Source: Candidatus Staskawiczbacteria bacterium (GTDB lineage: Bacteria > Patescibacteriota > Minisyncoccia > Minisyncoccales > Staskawiczbacteraceae). Taken from it: a stretch of 62,207 bases of DNA. A program made the position numbers and the translations under genes. The notes under the pieces were generated by a model, which had not been told where the DNA came from, did not search any database, and saw only the letters and a list, made by a program, of their open reading frames with translations. Shown piece by piece: positions 46,507 through 55,471 of this stretch. The stretch's first letter is position 1; each line of letters begins with the position of its first letter. Location: contig JACPYG010000005.1 of the NCBI GenBank assembly GCA_016196125.1, forward strand, positions 1-62,207, in the 5' to 3' direction.

Positions 46507-48699
46507 TTACTTGATCATTTTTAAAAATTCTTTTTCGTCTATCACTTTTATGCCAAGCTTTTCCGCTTTTTTTAGTTTTGATCCCGGCTCTGCTCCGGCT
46601 ATAAGATAGCTTGTTTTGGAAGACATTGAACTTGAAACATCTCCTCCAAGATTTCTTATTTTTTCTTGCGCTGCATCTCTTGCCATCGTTTCCAATGATC
46701 CTGTCAAAACAAATGTTTTGCCTTTTAATTTTACCCCGTCATCCCACGGGGCGCCCGATCGAATGACCGGGTGGTTTTTTATTTTTATGCCTGCCCTGTT
46801 TAACTTGTACAATAATTTTAAATTATCTTTATTATTGAACCATTCCCAGACCGACTTTGCAACAATGGGCCCTATATTTAAAATTGATTCAAAATCTTTT
46901 AATTCCGCTTTTTTTAAATTTTCAATAGCCGCCCAACCTGAAAGTTGGGCGAGCCTCGTCCCTTCTGGGCGGGACCCGAATTTATTTGCTAAATCCACCG
47001 ATGTTTCTTCGCCAATATTTCTGATGCCCAAAGCATAAATAAATTTTGCCAGAGTTATTTCCTTTCTTTCTGAAATTGATTTTATTAAATTTTCAGCTGA
47101 TTTTTCGGCAAAACCTTGAAGATTTACTACATCTCCTTCTTTTAGTTCAAATAAGTCATTTGGGTCCTGGATCAACCCGTCATCTAATAATTTATCAATA
47201 ATTTTCGGGCCTAATCCTTCAATATTAAAAGCCTTTTTTGAAGCAAAATGATAAAGAGCTCTCCTCTGGCGGGCAAAACACTTTGAATTTGAACAACGCC
47301 AAAGGGCTTCGGTTTTTGATTTTTCTAATTTTGCATTGCAGCTGGGGCAGAAACCGGGCATATTAAAATCTTTTTCCGAACCCTGCCTTAATTCTGGCAG
47401 AACTTTTATAATATCTGGAATAACATCTCCCGCCCTGCCTACAACCACCGTATCTCCTATTTTTATGCCCAACCTCTTTATTTCATCTTCATTGTGCAAA
47501 GTAGCCCTCGTAATCGTTATTCCTGAAATCTGCACTGGTTTTAAAATGGCTACCGGCGTCACAGCTCCCGTTCTGCCAACCTGCAGCTTAATATCCAAAA
47601 CCTGCGTTGTTGATTGGCTTTGGGCAAATTTAAAAGCAATAGCCCCTCTCGGAGCTTTACCGACCACTCCAAGCTTTTCAAAAATTTTATTGTTATTTAC
47701 AATAACCACAATGCCATCAATTTCGTATTCTAATTTTTTTCTTTTCTCCTGCCAATAATTATGAAATAAAAATACTTCTTTTAAAGATTTGCAATATTTA
47801 TTATTTTTATTTATTTTAAAGCCCAACGCCTTTAAAATTTCGTGTTTTTCTTCGTGGGTTGTTTGCCCAAAATCTGTAATTAATTCATAGGCAAAAGAAT
47901 CAAGGTGGCGCATAGCCGTAACTTTTGGGTCTAATTGCCGCACAGACCCCGCGGCTATATTTCTCGGGTTGGCATATGTGTCCAGCCCCATCTGGCTTTG
48001 TATTTTATTGATTTCTGCAAATTCTTTTTTTGAAATAAAAACTTCGCCCCTTGCAACAATTTCTTTCAGCCCTTTTTTATTTATATTATCAGCAATATTT
48101 TTTAAGCCTTTTTTTTCCAAATCCTCTATGACTTCTTTATTGCTTCTTATTTCTAAGGGAATAGCTTCAATTGTCTTTAAGTTTTGAGTAATATCTTCGC
48201 CTATGCTGCCGTCTCCTCTCGTAGAGCCGGTTTTTAAAATTCCGTTATCATAAATTAATTCTATTGCCAAACCGTCTATTTTAAGCTCGCAATAAAAGCC
48301 GACTTCTTTTTTTTGGCCTTCGGTTGACCCCGTTAGAGGTTTATTTTTTTTAGATTTACCAAGAGATTTCTTGACCTCTAACGGGGTTAATAATTTTAAA
48401 AATCTCGTTTGCCAATCCTGCATATCTTCTTTTGAGAAAGCGTCATTAAAAGAAAGCATCCTTTCTTGATGCCTTGTTTTTTTGAATTCTTTTAAAGGCC
48501 GTCCTCCGACTCTTTGAGTTGGGGAATCTGCGGTTATAAGTTCCGGATATTTTTGCTCCAAGTCATATAGCTCTTTTTTTAAAGAGTCCAATGCCTGGTC
48601 AGAAATTTCTTGTTTATCTAAAACATGATACAGATAACGGTGATGGCGAATCACCGTTTTTAATTTATCAATTCTTTGTTTTGCCTGGTATTTGTCCAT
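46507..48699 (-). CDS. ligA: NAD-dependent DNA ligase
   Basis: 'CELKIDGLA' adenylation lysine motif, Cys4 zinc finger 'CPSC...C.N..C', HhH region, BRCT tail. Three in-frame repeat inserts. Confidence 0.95.
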   Translation of the reverse strand: MDKYQAKQRIDKLKTVIRHHRYLYHVLDKQEISDQALDSLKKELYDLEQKYPELITADSPTQRVGGRPLKEFKKTRHQERMLSFNDAFSKEDMQDWQTRFLKLLTPLEVKKSLGKSKKNKPLTGSTEGQKKEVGFYCELKIDGLAIELIYDNGILKTGSTRGDGSIGEDITQNLKTIEAIPLEIRSNKEVIEDLEKKGLKNIADNINKKGLKEIVARGEVFISKKEFAEINKIQSQMGLDTYANPRNIAAGSVRQLDPKVTAMRHLDSFAYELITDFGQTTHEEKHEILKALGFKINKNNKYCKSLKEVFLFHNYWQEKRKKLEYEIDGIVVIVNNNKIFEKLGVVGKAPRGAIAFKFAQSQSTTQVLDIKLQVGRTGAVTPVAILKPVQISGITITRATLHNEDEIKRLGIKIGDTVVVGRAGDVIPDIIKVLPELRQGSEKDFNMPGFCPSCNAKLEKSKTEALWRCSNSKCFARQRRALYHFASKKAFNIEGLGPKIIDKLLDDGLIQDPNDLFELKEGDVVNLQGFAEKSAENLIKSISERKEITLAKFIYALGIRNIGEETSVDLANKFGSRPEGTRLAQLSGWAAIENLKKAELKDFESILNIGPIVAKSVWEWFNNKDNLKLLYKLNRAGIKIKNHPVIRSGAPWDDGVKLKGKTFVLTGSLETMARDAAQEKIRNLGGDVSSSMSSKTSYLIAGAEPGSKLKKAEKLGIKVIDEKEFLKMIK
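48324..48390. repeat. 'ccccgttagag' palindromic element inserted in frame in ligA
   Basis: ttgaccccgttagaggt ... acctctaacggggttaa. Translates as ...TPLEVKKSLGKSKKNKPLTGS... inside the adenylation-domain N-terminus. Confidence 0.8.
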
Positions 48700-48703
48700 T
48701 AAA

Positions 48704-49573
48704 TTATTGCCAAGTAATTGTAATGTCTGAAACCTCTACGCAATTGCCATCGTTATCAACCGCCATAATATTTATACTATAATCCACGCCTTGTAATCCA
48801 AAGTTCCAGGGCTTGCTATAACTTCCGTCGCCCACAGGCTCCAAAACAACCTCCCTATAGGTGCACTCAGTAAATGGCGGTGGCGGAGAAGGGTCACATT
48901 GATTTTCGTTTTCGTCGCCCAAACCGGTTATAGCCGCCACAACGACATCTATTCCAACATTATTAGGGTCGGTAACAATTGCCGAAATGACCATATTTAC
49001 GCCGGTTTGTCCCTGGGCGTGGGCAGTAGCGCCAGAAAATGGTATAACGAGACTGCTTACCTTTTGCGCAGAATCAAGCTTTATTGCCCTTGATACATCT
49101 TTGTAAAATCCGTAAGAATTTACGGTTCCGGTAGAAATTTTACACTGCTGGATGACAGTCATGTCTATATTATAAGACCCGCTGGTGTTAATTTTACTTT
49201 TAAAAGTAATCTGGCAATCCGAACAAGTCAAAGGATCACAATCGTTTCCGGTAATTTGCCAATCATAGCAATTAACTTCTTGGCAATCTCCCGGAAGACC
49301 GGGGTCGCAAACAGGACAAACATTGCTGATATCGCAACTCCCCCTTGCCCCGCCCGCAGGTATTTGTTTTCTATCATAATAAAGCACTTTTTCCAACCCG
49401 CTTTCGGCGGCATAAAACGCAGATACCGAGTTACCCACGCTTCTTATAATTTTAATTTGATTATATGAGAGCGCGCTTATGCTCAAAACTATGGCAAGAA
49501 TTATTGTCAGGATGAAAAAGGTTATAATTAACGATACTCCCTTATTATTTTTAAAAATTATATTATGGTACAT
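48704..49573 (-). CDS. PilX-N-like minor pilin / pilus-associated protein
   Basis: 'KGVSLIITFFILTIILAIVL...AFYAAESGLE' N-terminus. Cys-rich and Ig-like C-terminus. Confidence 0.55.
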   Translation of the reverse strand: MYHNIIFKNNKGVSLIITFFILTIILAIVLSISALSYNQIKIIRSVGNSVSAFYAAESGLEKVLYYDRKQIPAGGARGSCDISNVCPVCDPGLPGDCQEVNCYDWQITGNDCDPLTCSDCQITFKSKINTSGSYNIDMTVIQQCKISTGTVNSYGFYKDVSRAIKLDSAQKVSSLVIPFSGATAHAQGQTGVNMVISAIVTDPNNVGIDVVVAAITGLGDENENQCDPSPPPPFTECTYREVVLEPVGDGSYSKPWNFGLQGVDYSINIMAVDNDGNCVEVSDITITWQ

Positions 49574-50306
49574 TTAAATCTCTTTGAGAAACAGTTGTTT
49601 GAATTTTTTTTACAGACGGATTATTGCCCGCCTTGGTTTGAACTTCTAAAAAAATAGTTACTCTTGGCTGAATGCAATTTGGTGGAATGCAATCGCCTCC
49701 AGCGGCGCCTACCGGCCCATTTGTTGAACCATCATAGCCATTTATGCCAAATCTGATAGAATTTATTTTAAATTTATCCGAAGTAATGGCGACGGCTTGG
49801 CTGTCATTGATGCTATTTTTTAATTCTTTTAAAACCAAATTATTAGGGTCTTCATTATCTAAATAAAATTCCTGACAAGCATCATCATCTGATTGGTTTA
49901 TAAATTTTATACCTTTGTACAACCCCGTAGCAGGATCAGAACGAGTAAGCAAATAATTATATCCAATGGTTTCAAGACAGCCTCCTGTTAGATCTTTTTT
50001 AGCCACTCTTAAAGATTTTGACATATGTTCTAAAACATAACTCATTTGATTGAAAAGCTCTTGTTCGGATAAAATTGTTCTTTGATGCGAGACAACGGAA
50101 ATAAAAATAACGACCGCAGCGCCGGCAACAAGCGAAATCACAGCCGTAACCACCATTAGTTCAATAAGAGTAAACCCCCCACTTTTTTTTATGATGTTTT
50201 GGGGTCTTTTTTTAAATATTTTTTTTATTGTATTTTTTAGTATGTATAAATAAAACATATTAGAAAGTGGGGGGTAAACCCCGTTTTTGCATTTTATTAG
50301 TACCAA
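49563..50306 (-). CDS. prepilin-type N-terminal cleavage/methylation domain protein (pseudopilin)
   Basis: 'KSGGFTLIELMVVTAVISL'. The leader retains 'MFYLYILKNT', the first strand of the GIY-YIG module seen intact in the next gene. Confidence 0.75.
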   Translation of the reverse strand: MVLIKCKNGVYPPLSNMFYLYILKNTIKKIFKKRPQNIIKKSGGFTLIELMVVTAVISLVAGAAVVIFISVVSHQRTILSEQELFNQMSYVLEHMSKSLRVAKKDLTGGCLETIGYNYLLTRSDPATGLYKGIKFINQSDDDACQEFYLDNEDPNNLVLKELKNSINDSQAVAITSDKFKINSIRFGINGYDGSTNGPVGAAGGDCIPPNCIQPRVTIFLEVQTKAGNNPSVKKIQTTVSQRDLNVP

Positions 50307-51058
50307 TTATATAAATATTCTTCCACTTCCATATCAGGAACTTCCTCTTTTTCTTCCCAAATCACCAAAGCGGAAACTTTTAAAACATTTTGATTAAGAG
50401 GGTCCGGCGTAATTGTAATTTTTCTTTTAAATTTTGTCGGACAAAAATTATCACCGCCGCAATTATCATAACTATAAAAATTATTTCCTTTTATATTTAA
50501 GTAGTTGCCGTCAGATGTCCATGGAATCAAACCAAGGCCTGACGAAGTTCCGGTTTTGTAATCTGCCTCGCATCCACTTTCGCAACCTGAAAATCCTGTT
50601 TTCCAATCTTGACCATTTAACCAATTACTGTCTCTCATATTTCTTACTATTTCTATTCCCTCTTGAGCAAGATAAACCGCCGTAAAACGCGAGGTAGAGC
50701 CAGTGGTTAAAATAACAATCGTTGAAAAAGAATTATAAACGCCAATAATAGCAAAAGCTAAAATAAAAATAGAGATTACCAGCTCAATTAGAGTAAACCC
50801 CCCACTTTCTTTTATACTATTTTGAATTCTTGTTTTAAGATGAGACAGTCCTTGTTTGTGTTGTTTTAACTTTTTTTCTCTATTCCGTGCATCTTTCTCC
50901 GAAAAGAATGCCTCATAATAAACAAGGTTCCATGGCTTTTTATTTTTTGTTGAAAAAACTTCTCCATTATTATGTTCTTTGAAGCGTCTTTTCAGATCAT
51001 TAGTCGAGCCAACATATAACTCTTTCATTGTATTTTTTAGTATATATAAGTAAAACAT
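50297..51058 (-). CDS. GIY-YIG nuclease domain fused in frame to a prepilin-type pseudopilin
   Basis: aa 1-~70 'FYLYILKN...LYVGSTNDLKRRFKEHNNG...PWNLVYYEAF....DARNREKKLK', then 'ESGGFTLIELVISIFIL' at aa 84-100. Confidence 0.75.
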   Translation of the reverse strand: MFYLYILKNTMKELYVGSTNDLKRRFKEHNNGEVFSTKNKKPWNLVYYEAFFSEKDARNREKKLKQHKQGLSHLKTRIQNSIKESGGFTLIELVISIFILAFAIIGVYNSFSTIVILTTGSTSRFTAVYLAQEGIEIVRNMRDSNWLNGQDWKTGFSGCESGCEADYKTGTSSGLGLIPWTSDGNYLNIKGNNFYSYDNCGGDNFCPTKFKRKITITPDPLNQNVLKVSALVIWEEKEEVPDMEVEEYLYNWY

Positions 51059-51099
51059 ATTAGAAAGTGGGGGTAAAGCCTTTTTTTTGAGGTTCCATA

Positions 51100-51699
51100 T
51101 TACTTTGTTTCTATTAAGCCAGCCGTATTTACTGAAACTATTTTATTTGTTAGCAAATCGGACTCTAAGGCAAAAATAATCTGTGCCCGATTTATGCCTG
51201 GCGACAAACTTGTTATTGTTACGGTGGGATTTGGAGGTTTAAAGTTAATATCTGCCTCTTGGTTATTTACAGTGCCTTCAATTCTATCCATAATGACTCC
51301 TGGCTCGGTTTGGTTAAGGTCTATTGTTTCTATAACACAATCTTGATTAGGCAATTGCTCTCCGCAAATCGCGCCCGAAAAATCATATTGTTGGTCATCT
51401 TGCGCATCGGCATACATTATATATTTTTTATTGCCCAAGCTGGAGCTATCCAGATTTATATAAACTCCGTACCCCTTTGCATTGACTCCTTGCAACTTTT
51501 GCCCTGAAAATCCCATATCTTGAACCCTTCTTAAATCCTGGCTCATTTTATAAACAGCTCTGGTAAGCGTAAATTGGCGGGTAATCTTTGGAAAACTAAT
51601 AACTAAAATACTTGAAAAAATAGTAATAATAAAAATCACCACTAAAATTTCAACTATCGTAACGCCCTTTTTTTCCTTAAAACATGGAACATGGAACAT
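51100..51699 (-). CDS. prepilin-type pseudopilin (GspH/FimT-like)
   Basis: 'MFHVPCFKEKKGVTIVEILVVIFIITIFS'. Track start 51783 would overlap pilD and the leader repeat. Confidence 0.7.
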   Translation of the reverse strand: MFHVPCFKEKKGVTIVEILVVIFIITIFSSILVISFPKITRQFTLTRAVYKMSQDLRRVQDMGFSGQKLQGVNAKGYGVYINLDSSSLGNKKYIMYADAQDDQQYDFSGAICGEQLPNQDCVIETIDLNQTEPGVIMDRIEGTVNNQEADINFKPPNPTVTITSLSPGINRAQIIFALESDLLTNKIVSVNTAGLIETK

Positions 51700-51737
51700 G
51701 GAACAATTTGTTATGTGTTTTATGTTATGTGTTATAT
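51680..51737 (-). repeat. leader heptad-repeat hairpin L5
   Basis: aaaacatggaacatggaacatggaacaatttgttatgtgttttatgttatgtgttat. Spans the pilD stop and the pseudopilin start. Confidence 0.7.
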
Positions 51738-52559
51738 GATTACAAATAAATTCAAATACCACTGTATCAATTCCCGCCCCCATAAAAGAGCCAGAAATGT
51801 TCCAGTAATTAAAAACGGGCCAAATGGCACTTCGCTTTTTAAGTTTTTATTTTTAAAAATAATCAGCCCCACTCCTATTATAGCACCTAAAAAAAATGCC
51901 AAAAATAGAGCGGCCAGAATATTGGGATAACCTAAAAATAAACCCATAAAAAAGGCCAATTTTACGTCTCCAAAACCCATCCATCGCCCGCCGGAAACAA
52001 GAAAGATAAACAAGAAAAAAGCGCAGGCCCCAAGACCGGCCCATAAGGGGTTAAAATTTAAAAACCTGAAGCTAAAAATTAGTTGATATAAAAAAACTAT
52101 TGCGATAGCCGGAAATAAAACTTTGTCTAAAATAATATAACGCTTTAAGTCATAAACAAAAATTATAATCAGAGAACCGGCAATGTAAAATAAAAAAAAC
52201 AAATTTATCAAATATGGAAATTGTAAAATTTCAAATTGATTAAAAATTTCAAATTTTAAATTAAAAATTAAAACAAACATTATGCCGGCTGCCAATTCCA
52301 CCAATGGATACTGGATTGATATTTTTTTATGGCAATACCTGCATTTTCCCCCAAGAAATAAAAAACTAAAAACAGGAATTAAATCCCGCCAGATTAAATT
52401 ATATTTACAATGTGGGCAAAAAGACCTTCCCTTTAAAAAACTTTGCTCTTTTTCTAAGCGATAAATAACGCAGTTTAAAAAAGAGCCTATAATCAAACCA
52501 AAGATAAAAATAAAGAAATTAAAAATTAAAAACATAGAATTATCTAATTTTACCCCCAC
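51732..52559 (-). CDS. pilD: prepilin peptidase (A24 family)
   Basis: 'CPHCKYNL.WRDLIP..S...L.GKCRYC...IS..YPLVE', 'GFGDVKL', polytopic. Confidence 0.9.
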   Translation of the reverse strand: MGVKLDNSMFLIFNFFIFIFGLIIGSFLNCVIYRLEKEQSFLKGRSFCPHCKYNLIWRDLIPVFSFLFLGGKCRYCHKKISIQYPLVELAAGIMFVLIFNLKFEIFNQFEILQFPYLINLFFLFYIAGSLIIIFVYDLKRYIILDKVLFPAIAIVFLYQLIFSFRFLNFNPLWAGLGACAFFLFIFLVSGGRWMGFGDVKLAFFMGLFLGYPNILAALFLAFFLGAIIGVGLIIFKNKNLKSEVPFGPFLITGTFLALLWGRELIQWYLNLFVII

Positions 52560-52605
52560 ACCATAAAATTTTCAATTTTTGATGTGGGGACAAATCATTT
52601 TTTGT

Positions 52606-52641
52606 GAAAAAAAACAGCCCCGCAGCTGCGGGGCTGTTTTT
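52606..52641 (-). terminator. strong intrinsic terminator after the major pilin gene
   Basis: aaaaaaaacagccccgcagctgcggggctgttttt. Confidence 0.85.
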
Positions 52642-52649
52642 AAACTTTA

Positions 52650-53099
52650 TTAAACATCCGTAGCGTCGCAATCAAAATTGTTAGCAACAGCATCGCAAGT
52701 TGCAGTCGGCCCGGAATAACCGGTAGAATCCACACACCAACTACCACCGCCTGGAGCATTTAGAGCGTATTGAACGCAATAAGCGCCTATTGCGAAGTTT
52801 TCCACAAGCGATCCGCCTCCTTTAGATGAAATGTCAGCTTTTAATGTCGCGCAATCAGTGCCAGCGGCACAAGAGCCAACATAAGTGCTATTGCTAAGAC
52901 TAAAGTTTTCAACAGCAGCTCTGATTTGAGCCATCTCTAATTTTATTGCTCCATCCTTGGCTTTATTTCTTGTAGCAGCCAAATTGACCAACAAAATAGA
53001 GGCCAAAATGCCTATAATGGCAATAACTACCAATAATTCAATTAAAGTAAACCCCGTTAGAAGTCTGTTTTTTTTAGTTTTAATTTTTTTATATTCCAT
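52650..53099 (-). CDS. type IV pilin (likely major pilin)
   Basis: 'LLTGFTLIELLVVIAIIGILASILLV', C-terminal Cys pairs, own terminator. Confidence 0.85.
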   Translation of the reverse strand: MEYKKIKTKKNRLLTGFTLIELLVVIAIIGILASILLVNLAATRNKAKDGAIKLEMAQIRAAVENFSLSNSTYVGSCAAGTDCATLKADISSKGGGSLVENFAIGAYCVQYALNAPGGGSWCVDSTGYSGPTATCDAVANNFDCDATDV

Positions 53100-53158
53100 A
53101 TAATTTATTAAGTTTTGACACCGTTTAAGTTTAATAAAAACTTCTAACGGGGTAAAAC
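53049..53158. repeat. 'ccccgttagaag' inverted repeat bracketing the pilin RBS/start codon
   Basis: 14-bp perfect arms: accccgttagaagt at 53051-53064 (coding LLTGF) and acttctaacggggt at 53140-53153 (5' UTR). Confidence 0.75.
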
Positions 53159-53327
53159 CTTTTCATTATCGACCTTTAATATCATCTTTTACTCCATTCT
53201 ACTTTATTTTGTAATACAAGCAATAGAAAGGGTGTGAATAACTCGAAGCGAGCGTAGCGAACGGAGATCCTGACGCCTATGGCGGAAGGATATTCAATTT
53301 AACAAGCAATGTTGCGACGAATAAAAA

Positions 53328-53804
53328 TCAAGGAATACAATTAGCAATGCCGGCAAAACAACAATTTGTGATTCCACTGGTGCAATCTGTATTATTTATC
53401 TCTTTTTGATTTCCCTTATTGTCAACACAATATGCTTTTGTGTTGTCAACAAATTCTCTTGCGCAGGCGGCCCAAGCAGTAGCAGTATCATTAACTTTAC
53501 AATGTTTATCTTCTAAATCATCAGCTGCTGGAACTTGGCTCAAAGCTTTCATGGCAACATCCGAACCGCAAAAACCGGCGTAACTGCTGTTGTTTTTATC
53601 ATACCATACTTCGCCAGCCGTAATTAAAACAACCAAATTGCCTTTTACGGTTGCGTCTTTCCCCTTATCTATGTATTGCGTAGAACTGTATAAAACGACA
53701 GAAGTTAATATAACTATGACGGCTACCACCACCAGCATTTCTACTAATGTAAACCCCCCGCTTTCTTTTATCTTTTTATTTGTATAATTAGTATGCATTT
53801 GCAT
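53328..53804 (-). CDS. type IV pilin-like protein
   Basis: 'ESGGFTLVEMLVVVAVIVILTSVVL', Cys-rich C-terminus. The leader 'MQMHTNYTNKKIK' is encoded by a TIR-family arm. Confidence 0.8.
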   Translation of the reverse strand: MQMHTNYTNKKIKESGGFTLVEMLVVVAVIVILTSVVLYSSTQYIDKGKDATVKGNLVVLITAGEVWYDKNNSSYAGFCGSDVAMKALSQVPAADDLEDKHCKVNDTATAWAACAREFVDNTKAYCVDNKGNQKEINNTDCTSGITNCCFAGIANCIP

Positions 53805-53815
53805 ATTAGTATCGC
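53778..53815. repeat. solo arm of the cgatacaaat-tacaaat TIR family
   Basis: atttgtataattagtatgcatttgcatattagtatcgc resembles 55433-55470. Confidence 0.55.
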
Positions 53816-53825
53816 GTTAATTATA

Positions 53826-55040
53826 TTAAATAGTTCCCAATGATCCGTAAAGCGGAGCCAAAACAGAAATTGCCAATAACGATACTACAATTCCCAAAAA
53901 AATTATCAAAATTGGCTCTAAAAGGGCCGTAAAAGTATCCACTGCCCTCTTAACCTCCTTTTGATAAAAATTTACTATCTCCATTAAAGTTTTGTCTAAT
54001 TGACCGGTTTCTTCTCCAACTTTAATCATTTGCACAACAAAAACAGGAACATGTTCCGGGTGTTTTATCAAAATAGAACTGATTTTCTCTCCTTCGGAAA
54101 CGCCTTCTTCCACTTCAGAAGTAATTTTTTTGTAAACGACATTAGTTACTGTGCCTCCCGTAATCTGCAAAGCTTTATTAATTGAAAGGCCTGCAGAAAC
54201 AAGCGTGGAGACACTTTCAGAAAAACGAATAAGAAAAATCTTTTGGATTATTATTTTAATAAAAGGAATTTTTAAAGATATTTCGTCAAACTTTTTTCTG
54301 CCTTCTTTGGTTCTGAAATAATAAATTAAAAATCCAATTAAAAAGAAAAAAGCAACTATTAAAATCCAGCCATAGCCCTTCAAAAATTCATAAAAATTAA
54401 TTATTAGCAGAGTGGAAAGAGGCGGTTCTGCAGTGGCTTCCCTTAAAAGGTCAACCAGCTTTGGCATAATGAATATCATTACTATAAAAAGCACTATAAG
54501 AAACACAAATAAAACTAATAAGGGATAAATCATCGCGCTTTTTAGCTGGGATTCAATATCGGCTTCTCTTTCCAAATGGTCTGACAAATAATAAAAAACT
54601 TCAGCAATTTTACCGGACGCTTCGCCGGATTTTATTAAATTAACATAAAAAACGCTAAAAATATCAGGATAGGCGCCGAAGGCTTCAGACAAAGGGCTCC
54701 CTTCTTCCACCATCTGAGAAATTTTCAGTATTTTTTCCCTAAAATCTTTTTTACGAATTTGAACGGCCAAAGATGTCAAGCCCTGAATTACAGAAACTCT
54801 CGACCCAAGCATTACCGCCATTTGTCTTGAGAATATGGCTAAATCTTTTTTTGATGTTTTTTCAAAAAACTTTATTCTAATTGAAAACGGAGATTTTATT
54901 TCTTTTAAAGAAGTAACATAAATATTATATTTTTGCAAAAGAGAAGCCGCGGCATCTTTTGAAGAGGCCTCAACGGTTCCTGTCTCAATTCTTCCCTCTT
55001 TGGTTCTGGCTTGATAATTATACTTCATAAACCGATACAA
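53826..55040 (-). CDS. pilC: type IV pilus platform protein PilC (T2SS F family)
   Basis: Two T2SSF repeats, 'GEASGKI', 'GEETGQLD', three TM blocks. Confidence 0.9.
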   Translation of the reverse strand: MYRFMKYNYQARTKEGRIETGTVEASSKDAAASLLQKYNIYVTSLKEIKSPFSIRIKFFEKTSKKDLAIFSRQMAVMLGSRVSVIQGLTSLAVQIRKKDFREKILKISQMVEEGSPLSEAFGAYPDIFSVFYVNLIKSGEASGKIAEVFYYLSDHLEREADIESQLKSAMIYPLLVLFVFLIVLFIVMIFIMPKLVDLLREATAEPPLSTLLIINFYEFLKGYGWILIVAFFFLIGFLIYYFRTKEGRKKFDEISLKIPFIKIIIQKIFLIRFSESVSTLVSAGLSINKALQITGGTVTNVVYKKITSEVEEGVSEGEKISSILIKHPEHVPVFVVQMIKVGEETGQLDKTLMEIVNFYQKEVKRAVDTFTALLEPILIIFLGIVVSLLAISVLAPLYGSLGTI

Positions 55041-55470
55041 ATTTACAAATTTAATACGAATCTACAAATTTACTAATTAAGGATTCTTTTTGGTTTAAGA
55101 TATCTGTCTCTAAAATTTACTATTAATCCTAATTTCATTTTTGCAGCTATTAAATATCTTTTCATCTGATAATAATCTTCTTTTGTTAAATATCTTTTTG
55201 CTTTAAAATCTATTAAAATTCTGTCCTCAATGCAAAAATCAACCTGATTCCCGCAAATTTCCGAAGAAATTAAAATCTTTTTTTCTCTTTCATAATTTAT
55301 TTTTTCCTTTTTTAATTTATCCTCAAAAAAGTCCTGATATTGTTTTTCCTTACAATATCTATCTAAACCATTATGGACAAAAAACAAAACGCCTGTTATT
55401 TTATACGATAATTCAGGATAAATTATTTTATTATTCGTATCATTAGCGTGCATTTGTAGATTTGTATCGC
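55032..55470. mobile_element. GxxExxY-gene cassette bounded by ~19-bp terminal inverted repeats, inserted between pilC and pilT
   Basis: ccgatacaaatttacaaat (55032-55050) versus the reverse complement of atttgtagatttgtatcgc (55452-55470), 18/19 matches when the arms are compared. Confidence 0.6.
55073..55453 (-). CDS. GxxExxY-family (PD-(D/E)XK-like) protein
   Basis: 'YPELSYKITGVLFFVHNGL...YCKEKQYQDFFEDKL...DFCIEDRILIDFKA' matches the family layout. 'HANDTN' leader typical of these cassettes. Confidence 0.7.
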   Translation of the reverse strand: MHANDTNNKIIYPELSYKITGVLFFVHNGLDRYCKEKQYQDFFEDKLKKEKINYEREKKILISSEICGNQVDFCIEDRILIDFKAKRYLTKEDYYQMKRYLIAAKMKLGLIVNFRDRYLKPKRILN

Positions 55471-55471
55471 A

